Shown here: piece by piece, positions 18,895 to 27,659 of the stretch
Numbering within the stretch: position 1 is the first letter of the stretch
Layout: the number at the start of each line of letters is the position of its first letter
From: an uncultured Nitrospiraceae bacterium
GTDB taxonomy: Bacteria; Nitrospirota; Thermodesulfovibrionia; Thermodesulfovibrionales; Dissulfurispiraceae
Direction: 5' to 3'
Assembly: GCA_947085205.1 (NCBI GenBank)
Contig: CAMTVO010000032.1
Span: 1-33,312 of the forward strand
Length of the DNA stretch: 33,312 bases
The notes under the pieces: generated by a model
Told to the model about the DNA's origin: nothing
The model's database searches: none
The model's input: only the letters and a program-made list of their open reading frames with translations
Program-made: the position numbers and the translations under genes

Positions 18895-18914
18895 ATTTAA
18901 AGTTTATCACATTT

Positions 18915-19901
18915 TTAAAAAATGCTGAATTTGAAATATTTCTTCGGATTGGATTTAATATCCTTTGCCAGCTCGCTTAAATCCCTGGTCAAAGCCTTAA
19001 GCTCTGACACGCTTTCTTTGAATTCGCTTTCGAGTTTCTTATCTTTAATCAGACTTCCCGCCACTCCTTCTCCTGCCTCTATTTTTTCTAAGATATCCGA
19101 TAACTGCTTTGATGCCTTGCTTAGATTTTCATACAATGCAGGGTCTTCTGCAAGTTTTTTAAGAGAGCCTGAGCCTTCGGTCGCCTTTTTGCCGAACTCT
19201 TCCACAGACGATGTCGCAGAAAGCATTTTATTGTAAAGAGAAGGGTCTTTTGCGAGTTTCTTCAGAGTCCCTTCGGACTCTTTAAAATCTTTCAATATTG
19301 CAGATAAAGACTTGGAAGCATCCTGAAGATTGTCATAAAGCTGGGGGTCTGTGAGGAACTTTGAATTGGCAATACCCGTTGCGCTCTTTTCTATCTTTTT
19401 AAGAAATGTATCGAGTTCTCCTATAAACTCCGTAATTTTCACGAAGGTATTTGAGCCTGCCTTGACAATATCTTTAATCTCTACCTGCTCAACGCCCTTA
19501 ATTGTATCTCCTGCCGCTATAGGCGCTGCATCAGAAGCCCCCGGACCGATTTCGATATATTTGTCACCCAGAAGTCCGATTGTCTGGACAGTGACAGTCG
19601 AGTCCTTTCGTACATACTTTGCCGAATTCTTATCTATGGATATTGTGACCAAAGTGCCGTATTCTGCATGAAGGTCTATGCTCTTTACAGAGCCTATCTC
19701 TATACCTGATATCCACACAGGCGAGCCTTTCCTTAATCCTCTTACATCCTTAATCTGAGCCTTTATCTCTATCTTTGGAGAAAAAAGGCCTTCTATGCCT
19801 CCTGCAAAAAACACAGTGAATATCAAAATCAGAAGGGCAACGGTTACTACAATGCCGACTTTTAGCTTCGACCACATTAGCTGTCTTTTTACGTCAAACA
19901 T
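18915..19901 (-). CDS. MCE/MlaD-family protein with long helical C-terminus
   Basis: N-terminal TM; GLRKGSPVWISGIEIGSV, GLLGDKYIEI. Confidence 0.9.
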   Translation of the reverse strand: MFDVKRQLMWSKLKVGIVVTVALLILIFTVFFAGGIEGLFSPKIEIKAQIKDVRGLRKGSPVWISGIEIGSVKSIDLHAEYGTLVTISIDKNSAKYVRKDSTVTVQTIGLLGDKYIEIGPGASDAAPIAAGDTIKGVEQVEIKDIVKAGSNTFVKITEFIGELDTFLKKIEKSATGIANSKFLTDPQLYDNLQDASKSLSAILKDFKESEGTLKKLAKDPSLYNKMLSATSSVEEFGKKATEGSGSLKKLAEDPALYENLSKASKQLSDILEKIEAGEGVAGSLIKDKKLESEFKESVSELKALTRDLSELAKDIKSNPKKYFKFSIF

Positions 19902-19917
19902 TTTTCACTCCTCTGGG

Positions 19918-19944
19918 CATAAGGGGGACGAAGTCCGCCTTATG
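19918..19944. repeat. Short intergenic hairpin
   Basis: CATAAGG-G-GGAC-GAA-GTCC-G-CCTTATG. Confidence 0.55.
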
Positions 19945-19957
19945 AAATCCCTCTATG

Positions 19958-20695
19958 CTATATTCCTTCAAGTTTTAATTCACTGATGAAGACCTTGATG
20001 TCAGGAATATCTGAATGTAATAGTTTTTCGTTGTCGCCGTCAAATACCATCTCTCCGTCCTTTAAAAACATAAACCTGCGCGCCACCTTTAATGCATCCA
20101 CAATTTTATGCGTAACTGCTATAAAACCCTTCCCGTCTTTTGAAAGCTCGGATATCAGCTTGCAGATATTATCGGCATTAACAGGGTCAAGCCCGGATGT
20201 GGGCTCGTCATACAAAAACATCTTAGGTTCGTACGCAGCCAATGACCTTGCTATCGAAACCCTCCTGTGCATGCCGCCGCTCAACTCTTCGGGCATAAAT
20301 TCCATTGCATGCTCCACTCCGACAATCCTGAGCAATTCTCTTACCTTTTTATCTATTTCTTCCTCTGTCATATTTGTATATTCCCTCAGGCAGAATGCCA
20401 CGTTCTCCTTCACATTCAAAGAGTCAAAGAGAGCGCCCTCCTGAAAGACAAGACTGAACTTCATCCGCGCTTCCCTCAACCGGTCTTCTGCCCTGTCCGT
20501 TATATCCTCGCCGTCGATGATTATTCTTCCGGAATCGGGTTTTATAAGTCCCATGATTAGTTTGAGTATTGTGGTCTTTCCTTCGCCGCTCCCTCCAAGA
20601 ATTGCAACCCTCTCGTCAAAGTCTATAGAAAAACTCAAATCCTTAATAATCTGTCTTGTTCCGTATGAAAAACAGACCTTGTCGAATACAATCAT
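19958..20695 (-). CDS. MlaF-like ABC transporter ATPase
   Basis: GGSGEGKT, FQEGALFDS, LSGGM, YDEPTSGLDP. Confidence 0.92.
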   Translation of the reverse strand: MIVFDKVCFSYGTRQIIKDLSFSIDFDERVAILGGSGEGKTTILKLIMGLIKPDSGRIIIDGEDITDRAEDRLREARMKFSLVFQEGALFDSLNVKENVAFCLREYTNMTEEEIDKKVRELLRIVGVEHAMEFMPEELSGGMHRRVSIARSLAAYEPKMFLYDEPTSGLDPVNADNICKLISELSKDGKGFIAVTHKIVDALKVARRFMFLKDGEMVFDGDNEKLLHSDIPDIKVFISELKLEGI

Positions 20696-21459
20696 ACCGA
20701 GAACCCCAATGCATAAAGCAATATCCTCGTCAGGATAAAGTCAGAGACTATAATCATTATAATGGATAACACAACAGCCTTTGTTGTCGACTGCCTGAGT
20801 CCGGTTGCTCCTCCCTTTGTGGAGAGTCCTATATAGCAGCATATGCATGCTATGAGATAGCCGAAGACAAAGGGCTTGATTGCGCCTGAAAATACATTTT
20901 CGAAAATTAACTCTTCCCTGATTGAACTCCAGTATAATGTCCCGCTCTGATTGCTCACAAATACAGCTATATAATAGCCGCCGAAGAGGGCGACGGCGTC
21001 GCCTATGATTGTGAGGGCAGGAAGCATTATTATGGAGCTCACTATCCGCGGTGTGACAAGCTTCTTTATCGGGTCAACGCCGAATACCCTGAGCGTATCC
21101 ACCTGATGGCCTAACACCATCAAGCCCAATTCCGAAGCCATTCCGGCTCCGACCCTTCCTGTAAATACAAGGGCGGCTACAACAGGCCCCAATTCTCTTA
21201 TGACAGAGATGCCCACAATCTTTCCAGTATACACCTTCATTCCGAGCCTTGAGAGCTCCGCAGACAACTGGAGGGAGAGTGCCATGCCCACGAACAGTGA
21301 GACTATGAGAATTACGAAGAAAGAGCCGGCTCCTGCATAGTCCATCTGCTCTATCGTGTCCTTAAAATAAAAAGGCCTTTTAAAGATATTCAAAACCCCG
21401 CGAAATGAAAGCAGATAAAACTCCTGAAGGTCTCTTATCAGTTCTTTTAACTTCATCAT
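20692..21459 (-). CDS. MlaE-like ABC transporter permease (start probably 21459 or 21456)
   Basis: IRELGPV, GRVGAGMASELG, LVTPRI, TTKAVV; the MEQWSNGV leader in the track is encoded by repeats. Confidence 0.9.
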   Translation of the reverse strand: MMKLKELIRDLQEFYLLSFRGVLNIFKRPFYFKDTIEQMDYAGAGSFFVILIVSLFVGMALSLQLSAELSRLGMKVYTGKIVGISVIRELGPVVAALVFTGRVGAGMASELGLMVLGHQVDTLRVFGVDPIKKLVTPRIVSSIIMLPALTIIGDAVALFGGYYIAVFVSNQSGTLYWSSIREELIFENVFSGAIKPFVFGYLIACICCYIGLSTKGGATGLRQSTTKAVVLSIIMIIVSDFILTRILLYALGFSV

Positions 21460-21487
21460 TACTCCATTACTCCATTGCTCCATCCCT

Positions 21488-22363
21488 TTACGTCCTCTTC
21501 CACCGCTTATGTATCCAGAGCCACTCGGTTGGATGCTGCATTATGTAATTTTCGATAAAACCGGAAAATCTTTTTGTATCCTCAATTACAGCCTTTCCCG
21601 CATCTTCGTCGGCGGACAAATCGACTGGCGGATAAATATTTATGACATGCTTATCATTATCGCGGTTAATGAAAATAGGCACAACTGCCGCGCCTGTCTT
21701 TCTTGCCATCAATGCAGGCATCCTTGTTGTCCACGCAGGCCTGCCTAAAAAATCTATGATATAACCTTCGTCCTTAAAGACAGCCTGATCCATTAATATG
21801 CCTACTCCTCTGTTTTTCTTAAATTCGGAAAGTATGCCTTTTAATGCTCCTTTTTTGTATATAACCCTGTTTCCGTATTTTGCCCTTATCTTCTCCACGA
21901 TACTGTTCAAATAAGGGTTGTTCTGAGCCCTCGCCACACCAGAGACATTATCGACCTTGACTCCGAAAGTCACTGCCATAAGCTCCCAGTTGCCGCAGTG
22001 GCCGGTTATAAATATAATGCCTCTGTTCTTCGATTTTGCTTCACGATAATTTTCAACGCCTCTTACTTCAACATTATCTATAATTCCTCTGCCGAAGCCG
22101 TAATAAATCTTAACAATTTCTACTAAAGACTTTCCGAGATTTTTAAAGGTTTCCCTTGCTATGCCGACTGCTGACTGCTGACTGCCGACTGCCGACTTTT
22201 CAATATTCTCGACCGCAATCCTTCTCCTGCTCCCCCAGATGTAAAAAACTAAAAGGCCGAGGATTTCCCCGACCTTTAAGGCAATCTTATATGGAAGCAG
22301 AGACAAAGGGAAAGAAAGTGTTATAACAATAGCAGTTTCTACAAGCCACATGAATTTAGTCAT
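21488..22363 (-). CDS. Lipid A late acyltransferase (LpxL/HtrB family)
   Basis: GHCGNWE, LMDQ, FLGRPA, PTEWLWIHKRWK. Confidence 0.9.
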   Translation of the reverse strand: MTKFMWLVETAIVITLSFPLSLLPYKIALKVGEILGLLVFYIWGSRRRIAVENIEKSAVGSQQSAVGIARETFKNLGKSLVEIVKIYYGFGRGIIDNVEVRGVENYREAKSKNRGIIFITGHCGNWELMAVTFGVKVDNVSGVARAQNNPYLNSIVEKIRAKYGNRVIYKKGALKGILSEFKKNRGVGILMDQAVFKDEGYIIDFLGRPAWTTRMPALMARKTGAAVVPIFINRDNDKHVINIYPPVDLSADEDAGKAVIEDTKRFSGFIENYIMQHPTEWLWIHKRWKRT

Positions 22364-22420
22364 TAGTTATTAGTGCAATCAATTAGTCATTGGTCATTAC
22401 TCCAATACTCCATTACTCCA
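22356..22420. repeat. Compound heptamer (TTAGTCA) and octamer (ATTACTCC) array between the Lon-like gene and the acyltransferase
   Basis: TTAGTCA TTAGTTA ... TTAGTCA TTGGTCA; ATTACTCC AATACTCC ATTACTCC. Confidence 0.8.
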
Positions 22421-22426
22421 ACGATT

Positions 22427-24847
22427 TTACTCCTCCTTTTTCTTTTCTTCCTTATCTTCTTCCTTTTCCTTCTTCTTTTCGAGGGCCTCTGCAATCTCCT
22501 CAAGCCTCTTCATCACAAGATAATTCACCGTGCCTTCAGGATACGTGCCATCTTCTTTTAACTCACCGGCAGGCATTCCAGTAAGTATTTCCAGTCCCTC
22601 TTCCATCTTCCCTATCGGATAAATGGAGAACTTCCCATTTTTCACAGCATCAACCACTTCCTGCCTCAGCATGAGATGCTTTACATTCCTTCTCGGGATG
22701 ATAACTCCGTGCCCCTCAAGCCCTCTGATTTTACATAAATCAAAAAAGCCCTCTATCTTTTCATTTATGCCGCCTACAGGTTGGACATCACCGTTCTGGT
22801 CCATAGAGCCTGTGATGGCAATATTCTGCTTCAAAGGAACCCCTGAAATACTGCTTAAAAGGGCATAAAGCTCGGCGCATGTTGCGCTGTCTCCTTCAAC
22901 CATCTCATAAAGCTGTTCAAAGGTTATGGATGCAGAAAGACTGAGAGGTTTTTTGGTCGCATATTTGCTTCCCAAATAGCTCGATATTATCATTATCGCC
23001 TTTTCGTGAATCTTGCCGCTCATCTTGGTCTCGCGCTCTATGTTCACAATGCCGGCTTTCCCGATATATGCCTTCGCTGTTATCCTCGAAGGCTTACCGA
23101 AGCTGTAATCTCCAAGGTCTAAGATTGCAATACCGTTCACCTGCCCTGCTTTCTCTCCTGATGTCTCCACTATGAGGGTGTCTTCAAGTATCATTTCCCT
23201 GATACGCTCCTCTATCATGTTGACCCTGAAAATCTTCTCGTCAATAGCCTTAGTAACATGCCCCGACTTAACAACATTGCTTCCTTCCTTCTGCGACCAG
23301 TAGTAGGATTCACGGATAAGGTCTGCAATATCGCTGAATTTTGTCGAAAGTTTGTCCTGATGCCCTGCGAGCCTTGAGCCGTACTCAACAATCTTTGCGA
23401 CGCCTTCCCTGTCAAAGGGCAGAAGGTTTTCCTCTTTCTGACAGCTCGCAACAAAAAATGCGTATTTATCTATATTCTCCGGGTTCCTATCCATCCTGCT
23501 GTCGAAATCCGCCTTGACCTTGAAAAGCTCCCTGTATTCCTCGTCGAGGTTGTAAAGCAGATAGTAGATGTAGGGATTTCCTATGAGGATAACCTTTACA
23601 TCAAGCGGTATAGACTGCGGCTTCAAAGCCGTTGTGCTCATGAGCCTGTACTGTTCCCATACATCCTCTATCTTTATCTCCCGGTTTTTAATCGACCTCT
23701 TCAAGGCGTCATAAGAAAAGATATTTCTTAAAAGGTCAAGGGCATTTATTACGATATAGCCGCTGTTTGCCCTGTGAAGAGAGCCTGCCTTAATCATCGA
23801 GAAGTCTGTCAATGCCATCCCATACTGGACTTTGTATTCTATCCGTCCAAAAAGATTGAGGTATGTGGGGTTGCTCTCAAATACAACAGGGGCGCCCTTG
23901 CATTCGCTGTTGTTGACTATCACATTGACGCTGTATCTGACAAAAGACGCCTCCGGCTTCGGCATTTTCATAAAAGGCAGCGGAGGCGTCTGTTCTTCGG
24001 CAGATTTAAAGTCATCGAGATGGGATAGAATATCTTCCTGAACAGCCTCAAGATAGGCCGCTATTTTCTCATTGTCTTTGTATTTCTCTTTCATCTCCTC
24101 GATAAAATGCCCGACCGCTCCGAGCGCTATCTCCCTTTCGAGTCGGGCAAGCATCTCTTTTACAAGCTTCTCGGCTTCCCTGACCGCCCTGACTACATCA
24201 TCGAGCCTTTCCTGAAGCATCTTGCCCATATCTTCAACCTTTTTCCGCGTCTTTTCATCGAGGGCTGCAAAATCTTCTTCTGTTAGAGGCTCTCCGCTCT
24301 TTTTAATAGGAACAATCAAAAGCCCTGTTACAGCCTTTCTTATGACGAAACCCTTTGCCTGCGCCTCTTCCTCAAGACTGGTAAAGAGGTTCTTCTGTTT
24401 CTGCTGGAATTCCTCGACAATCTTACTCCTCTGTTTTTCGTATTCCCTCGATTCAAATGCCTTGGGTATCTCCACCCTTAAGGCCTTAATAATGGCATCC
24501 ATATCTTTCTGGAAAACAACAGCCCGGCCCGGCTCAAGGGACATTGCCAGAGGAGTATCGGGGTCCTTGAAGTTATAGACATAGCACCAGTCATTAGGCA
24601 CCTCTTCCTTCGACGCCCTTTCATTGAGCAGTGTCCTTACAGTCCTCATTTTGCCTGTGCCGCTCTCTCCGAGCACATAGATATTAAAGCCTTTGCTTAT
24701 CAAGCCAAGACCGAAGTCCAGAGAACGCAACGCCCTCTCCTGTCCTATCGTTCCCTCGAACTTGCCTATGTCGTCGGTTGTGTCGAATTTTAAAATATCC
24801 AGTTCGCAGCGCTTATAAAGCTCTTCAGGTTTTAGTTTCACTGCCAT
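22427..24847 (-). CDS. Lon-family protease, LonC-like (AAA_32 plus Lon_C)
   Basis: IGQERA, GESGTGK, long coiled-coil insert, GDSA catalytic Ser, GGINEKIEGF catalytic Lys. Confidence 0.88.
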   Translation of the reverse strand: MAVKLKPEELYKRCELDILKFDTTDDIGKFEGTIGQERALRSLDFGLGLISKGFNIYVLGESGTGKMRTVRTLLNERASKEEVPNDWCYVYNFKDPDTPLAMSLEPGRAVVFQKDMDAIIKALRVEIPKAFESREYEKQRSKIVEEFQQKQKNLFTSLEEEAQAKGFVIRKAVTGLLIVPIKKSGEPLTEEDFAALDEKTRKKVEDMGKMLQERLDDVVRAVREAEKLVKEMLARLEREIALGAVGHFIEEMKEKYKDNEKIAAYLEAVQEDILSHLDDFKSAEEQTPPLPFMKMPKPEASFVRYSVNVIVNNSECKGAPVVFESNPTYLNLFGRIEYKVQYGMALTDFSMIKAGSLHRANSGYIVINALDLLRNIFSYDALKRSIKNREIKIEDVWEQYRLMSTTALKPQSIPLDVKVILIGNPYIYYLLYNLDEEYRELFKVKADFDSRMDRNPENIDKYAFFVASCQKEENLLPFDREGVAKIVEYGSRLAGHQDKLSTKFSDIADLIRESYYWSQKEGSNVVKSGHVTKAIDEKIFRVNMIEERIREMILEDTLIVETSGEKAGQVNGIAILDLGDYSFGKPSRITAKAYIGKAGIVNIERETKMSGKIHEKAIMIISSYLGSKYATKKPLSLSASITFEQLYEMVEGDSATCAELYALLSSISGVPLKQNIAITGSMDQNGDVQPVGGINEKIEGFFDLCKIRGLEGHGVIIPRRNVKHLMLRQEVVDAVKNGKFSIYPIGKMEEGLEILTGMPAGELKEDGTYPEGTVNYLVMKRLEEIAEALEKKKEKEEDKEEKKKEE

Positions 24848-24903
24848 GTCTTACCTCCTCTTTTCTAAAAGTTGAAACGTTCAGGAGTTATGGAGTCTCG
24901 TTT

Positions 24904-25965
24904 TCATTTTGCCCTTGGATGGTGTTCGAGATAAACCTTTCTTATCCTTTCACTGGTTACCTTTGTATAAACCTGTGTGGTCGATATGTCTGCATGTCCC
25001 AGCATCTTCTGAACAGACCTCAAGTCAGCCCCGCCCTCTAAGAGATGTGTGGCAAACGTATGTCTTATGGCATGCGGCGTGAGTTTTAATCCGGCCGTGT
25101 TACCGAATGCTTTCAACGCCTGCCAGAACCTCTGTCTTGTCATCGGCATTCCCCTGTTCGTTAAAAACAGATAGGGTGATTGTTTGTCTTTCAGTAGATT
25201 AGGTCTCAGTTCCTGCATATATCTTTTTATCTTGTCTACGGCCCGGTGGTTCATCGGGACAACGCGCTCCTTTGAGCCTTTACCCATCACCCTCAAAAAT
25301 CCGCTTTCGAAATTCAGGTCATTCACTTTAATCGATACTGTCTCGCTCACACGCAGGCCGGATGAGTACATAAGCTCAAGCATAGCAGAATCCCTGATAA
25401 ATAAAGGCTGAAGGCTGAAGGCTGAAGGCTGAAGGTCTATATTAAGCAGCTTTTTAATAGCATCCATACCGAGAGCCTTCGGAAGCCTTTCCCACTGTTT
25501 CGGCGTCCTTAGCGTTTCTGTCGGGTCTTCGGATATTAGTTTTTCAATTATTAGAAATTTCGAAAAACCCTTTATTGAAGAGATGAGCCTGCATACACTT
25601 GCAGTGGAGCGTCTATTCTCCTTAAGCTTGCCCATGTAATTCACAATATCTTCTCTCGTAAATAGTAACGAGTGACGAGTAACAAGTGACGGGTTTTGTG
25701 AATCGGTGAAGAAAAATTTCTCCGTGTCTTCGTGTCTCCGTGTCTCCGTGTCTTCCTGACTCTTGCCCATTGCCTCTTGCCCCTTTTTAGCAAGATACTC
25801 GAAGAACCCCTTTAAATCCATATAATAGGACTCTACCGTATTTTTAGAAAGTCCTCTTTCAACAGAAAGGTATGAGAGAAATCTGTTAAGCAATGAAACA
25901 GTTTCAGTATTTAAGGGCTGAATAGCAGAAACTTTTCTTTTATTTCTCAACTTATTACTCATCAC
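24904..25965 (-). CDS. xerD: Site-specific tyrosine recombinase XerD with repeat-derived insertions
   Basis: ERGLSKNTVESY, SGLRVSE, GKGSKERVVP, MTRQRFWQ, HAIRHTFATHLLEGGADLRSVQKMLGHADISTTQVYT. Confidence 0.88.
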   Translation of the reverse strand: MMSNKLRNKRKVSAIQPLNTETVSLLNRFLSYLSVERGLSKNTVESYYMDLKGFFEYLAKKGQEAMGKSQEDTETRRHEDTEKFFFTDSQNPSLVTRHSLLFTREDIVNYMGKLKENRRSTASVCRLISSIKGFSKFLIIEKLISEDPTETLRTPKQWERLPKALGMDAIKKLLNIDLQPSAFSLQPLFIRDSAMLELMYSSGLRVSETVSIKVNDLNFESGFLRVMGKGSKERVVPMNHRAVDKIKRYMQELRPNLLKDKQSPYLFLTNRGMPMTRQRFWQALKAFGNTAGLKLTPHAIRHTFATHLLEGGADLRSVQKMLGHADISTTQVYTKVTSERIRKVYLEHHPRAK

Positions 25966-26750
25966 GCATTACGCATTACGACGTTTATATACTCCTCTAT
26001 GCCGGTAGATATTTTCAACCGGCGGTACAGAATATCCGCAAGTATTAATAAATTAATGGTATCCTCTTTGTTGTATGCCAGCAGCAAATCTCTTGCCTCT
26101 GAACTCCCTCTCTTCGCCTGTTCCCAAAGCTTTACCGCTGCATAACCGTCCATTCCTTTTACAGAGTCGTTCCTTTCTATTCCGAAGAGCATTTCCAGTT
26201 TCTTCAATCCGCCGTCAATCTTAAGCCTCCTTGCGGCAAAGCAGAGGTCAAAATGTGGAATATCAAACCTGACTCCGGGAAATGACCTTAAAAGAAAAGG
26301 CACGTCAAACACAGCGCCATGAAATGTTATAAGACATTTGTAGCCCGAAAGTTCCCGGTTAAGATTTTCTACTGTAAGGTTTTGGCCTTTTACAAGACAT
26401 TTCCAGTTATATCCGTCGTAAAGTCCTACGACAGTAACATAACCTCCCTGTCCCGGCTGAAACCCGTTTGTTTCGATATCGAGACATACTGCGCCGTCTT
26501 TGAACACATCAAAGAGCCGCCAGTGCTCCCTTCGTTTCATTATCTTTGCGAAATACTCTGCATTGCCGATGCCAAGCTCCATAGAAGACTGCATCAACTG
26601 ATTATCATAAATACTCTTCCTCTCAGGGCTTATCCAGTCTATTTCCTTACAGTTGCAGAAATCGTCCCATGTAAGTATTCCCTTTCTCCAGATGTGGCGC
26701 TCAAGCTTTTCGCCTATGCCGTTAAGCAATGAAAATGTGTGCCGTATCAC
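25962..26750 (-). CDS. YprB/MrfB-like RNase H-fold exonuclease
   Basis: CLDIETNG, ITFHGAVFDVPFL, HFDL, GGLKKLE, YNKEDT; near a DUF1998 helicase. Confidence 0.85.
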   Translation of the reverse strand: MIRHTFSLLNGIGEKLERHIWRKGILTWDDFCNCKEIDWISPERKSIYDNQLMQSSMELGIGNAEYFAKIMKRREHWRLFDVFKDGAVCLDIETNGFQPGQGGYVTVVGLYDGYNWKCLVKGQNLTVENLNRELSGYKCLITFHGAVFDVPFLLRSFPGVRFDIPHFDLCFAARRLKIDGGLKKLEMLFGIERNDSVKGMDGYAAVKLWEQAKRGSSEARDLLLAYNKEDTINLLILADILYRRLKISTGIEEYINVVMRNA

Positions 26751-26776
26751 AAATTGCTCCTTTATTTTTTGCTCTT

Positions 26777-26805
26777 ATTATAACCTTTATCGGCAGTTGC
26801 TACAA
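26777..26805 (-). promoter_or_regulatory. Putative sigma70 promoter upstream of the exonuclease-xerD genes
   Basis: Minus strand TTGTAG-17 nt-TATAAT, then AAAGGAG SD. Confidence 0.55.
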
Positions 26806-26857
26806 GGTTTGACAAATAACCGAAAAACAGAGATAGAAAATTGCTCTCCCAGTAAAT

Positions 26858-26947
26858 TCCCCTCCCCTTGACGGGTTAGGGTGAGGGTGAATAGTTCACC
26901 TTTAAGGTTACCACTCCCCTTAATCCTCTCCTGTCAAGGGGAGGGGA
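26858..26947. repeat. REP-like palindromic element
   Basis: TCCCCTCCCCTTGACGGG ... CCTGTCAAGGGGAGGGGA (17/18 inverted match). Confidence 0.75.
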
Positions 26948-27058
26948 TTGTGAAGCCAGATAGTAATTTTGTTGAAAGATACTACTAAGGAGAAAGAAAC
27001 TGAACTATAATGTTGTCATACTCGCGAAGCTTGTCCCCGAAGGTCGTATGTTTATTAA

Positions 27059-27289
27059 TTAATAAAGAGAACTGTCCCCTTTAATTAACGCATACTCTGC
27101 AAAGGAAGTTGACTGAGGGATAGACAGCCCATCTTCCTTCAGCCCTTGCAAGTGCAATTCAATGGCTTCATACATATTTTGCTCTGCTTCTTCGCGCGTA
27201 GCCCCTGTAGCTGCACATCCGGGCAAGTCAGGTGAATATGCAGAATAGTTTCCATTTGCCTTCTCGATTACAACAAGAAAACGATACAT
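27059..27289 (-). CDS. hicB: HicB antitoxin (short form, no DNA-binding tail)
   Basis: YSAYSPDLPGCAATGATREEA..NMYEAIELHL. Confidence 0.92.
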   Translation of the reverse strand: MYRFLVVIEKANGNYSAYSPDLPGCAATGATREEAEQNMYEAIELHLQGLKEDGLSIPQSTSFAEYALIKGDSSLY

Positions 27290-27290
27290 C

Positions 27291-27485
27291 TTATTTTACC
27301 TCCTTCAATTTAGCCTGCTTCAAAATACTGTTTAAAGTTCCTGGCGCCAAATCATCATTAGGATGACCGGCAATTGTTACCCTGCCTGACTTCGTAGGGT
27401 GTTTATATTGACGATGGCTTCCTCTCGTATCAACTTGATACCAACCATCGATTTCTATCAATTTTATAATATCACGAATCTTCAT
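27291..27485 (-). CDS. hicA: HicA toxin
   Basis: DGW...RGSHRQYKHP..GRVTI..H..DLAPGTLNSILKQA. Confidence 0.93.
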   Translation of the reverse strand: MKIRDIIKLIEIDGWYQVDTRGSHRQYKHPTKSGRVTIAGHPNDDLAPGTLNSILKQAKLKEVK

Positions 27486-27514
27486 TCTTGTCTTTCTATT
27501 CGAGTATCTTGTTT

Positions 27515-27580
27515 ATAAGCGAACCAAGTTCGTTTATACCCCCGAATTTGGGGTTGTAGACGAACCTGTTTTGTATATCC
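27515..27580. repeat. Imperfect long hairpin upstream of hicA
   Basis: GTTCGTTTATA-CCCC..GGGG-T-TGTAGACGAAC core (27528-27565), extendable outward. Confidence 0.5.
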
Positions 27581-27659
27581 CGATTCTGCCTGAGCAATGT
27601 CTTTACCCATATTCACCCCGATTCCATGAACTAAATACTATCAAAGCATCCCCCTCCTG

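Noticed and set aside
22373..22584. Two short plus-strand ORFs with a hydrophobic appearance
   Set aside because: They arise from the repeat array and the antisense of the Lys/Glu-rich Lon tail.
7456..25783. Repeat arrays as CRISPR
   Set aside because: Units are 6-9 nt and contiguous with no unique spacers, and there are no cas genes.
24904..25965. Recombinase as a prophage or integron integrase
   Set aside because: It has XerD-type motifs, lacks the IntI-specific insertion before the HxxR motif, and sits among housekeeping genes with no phage genes.
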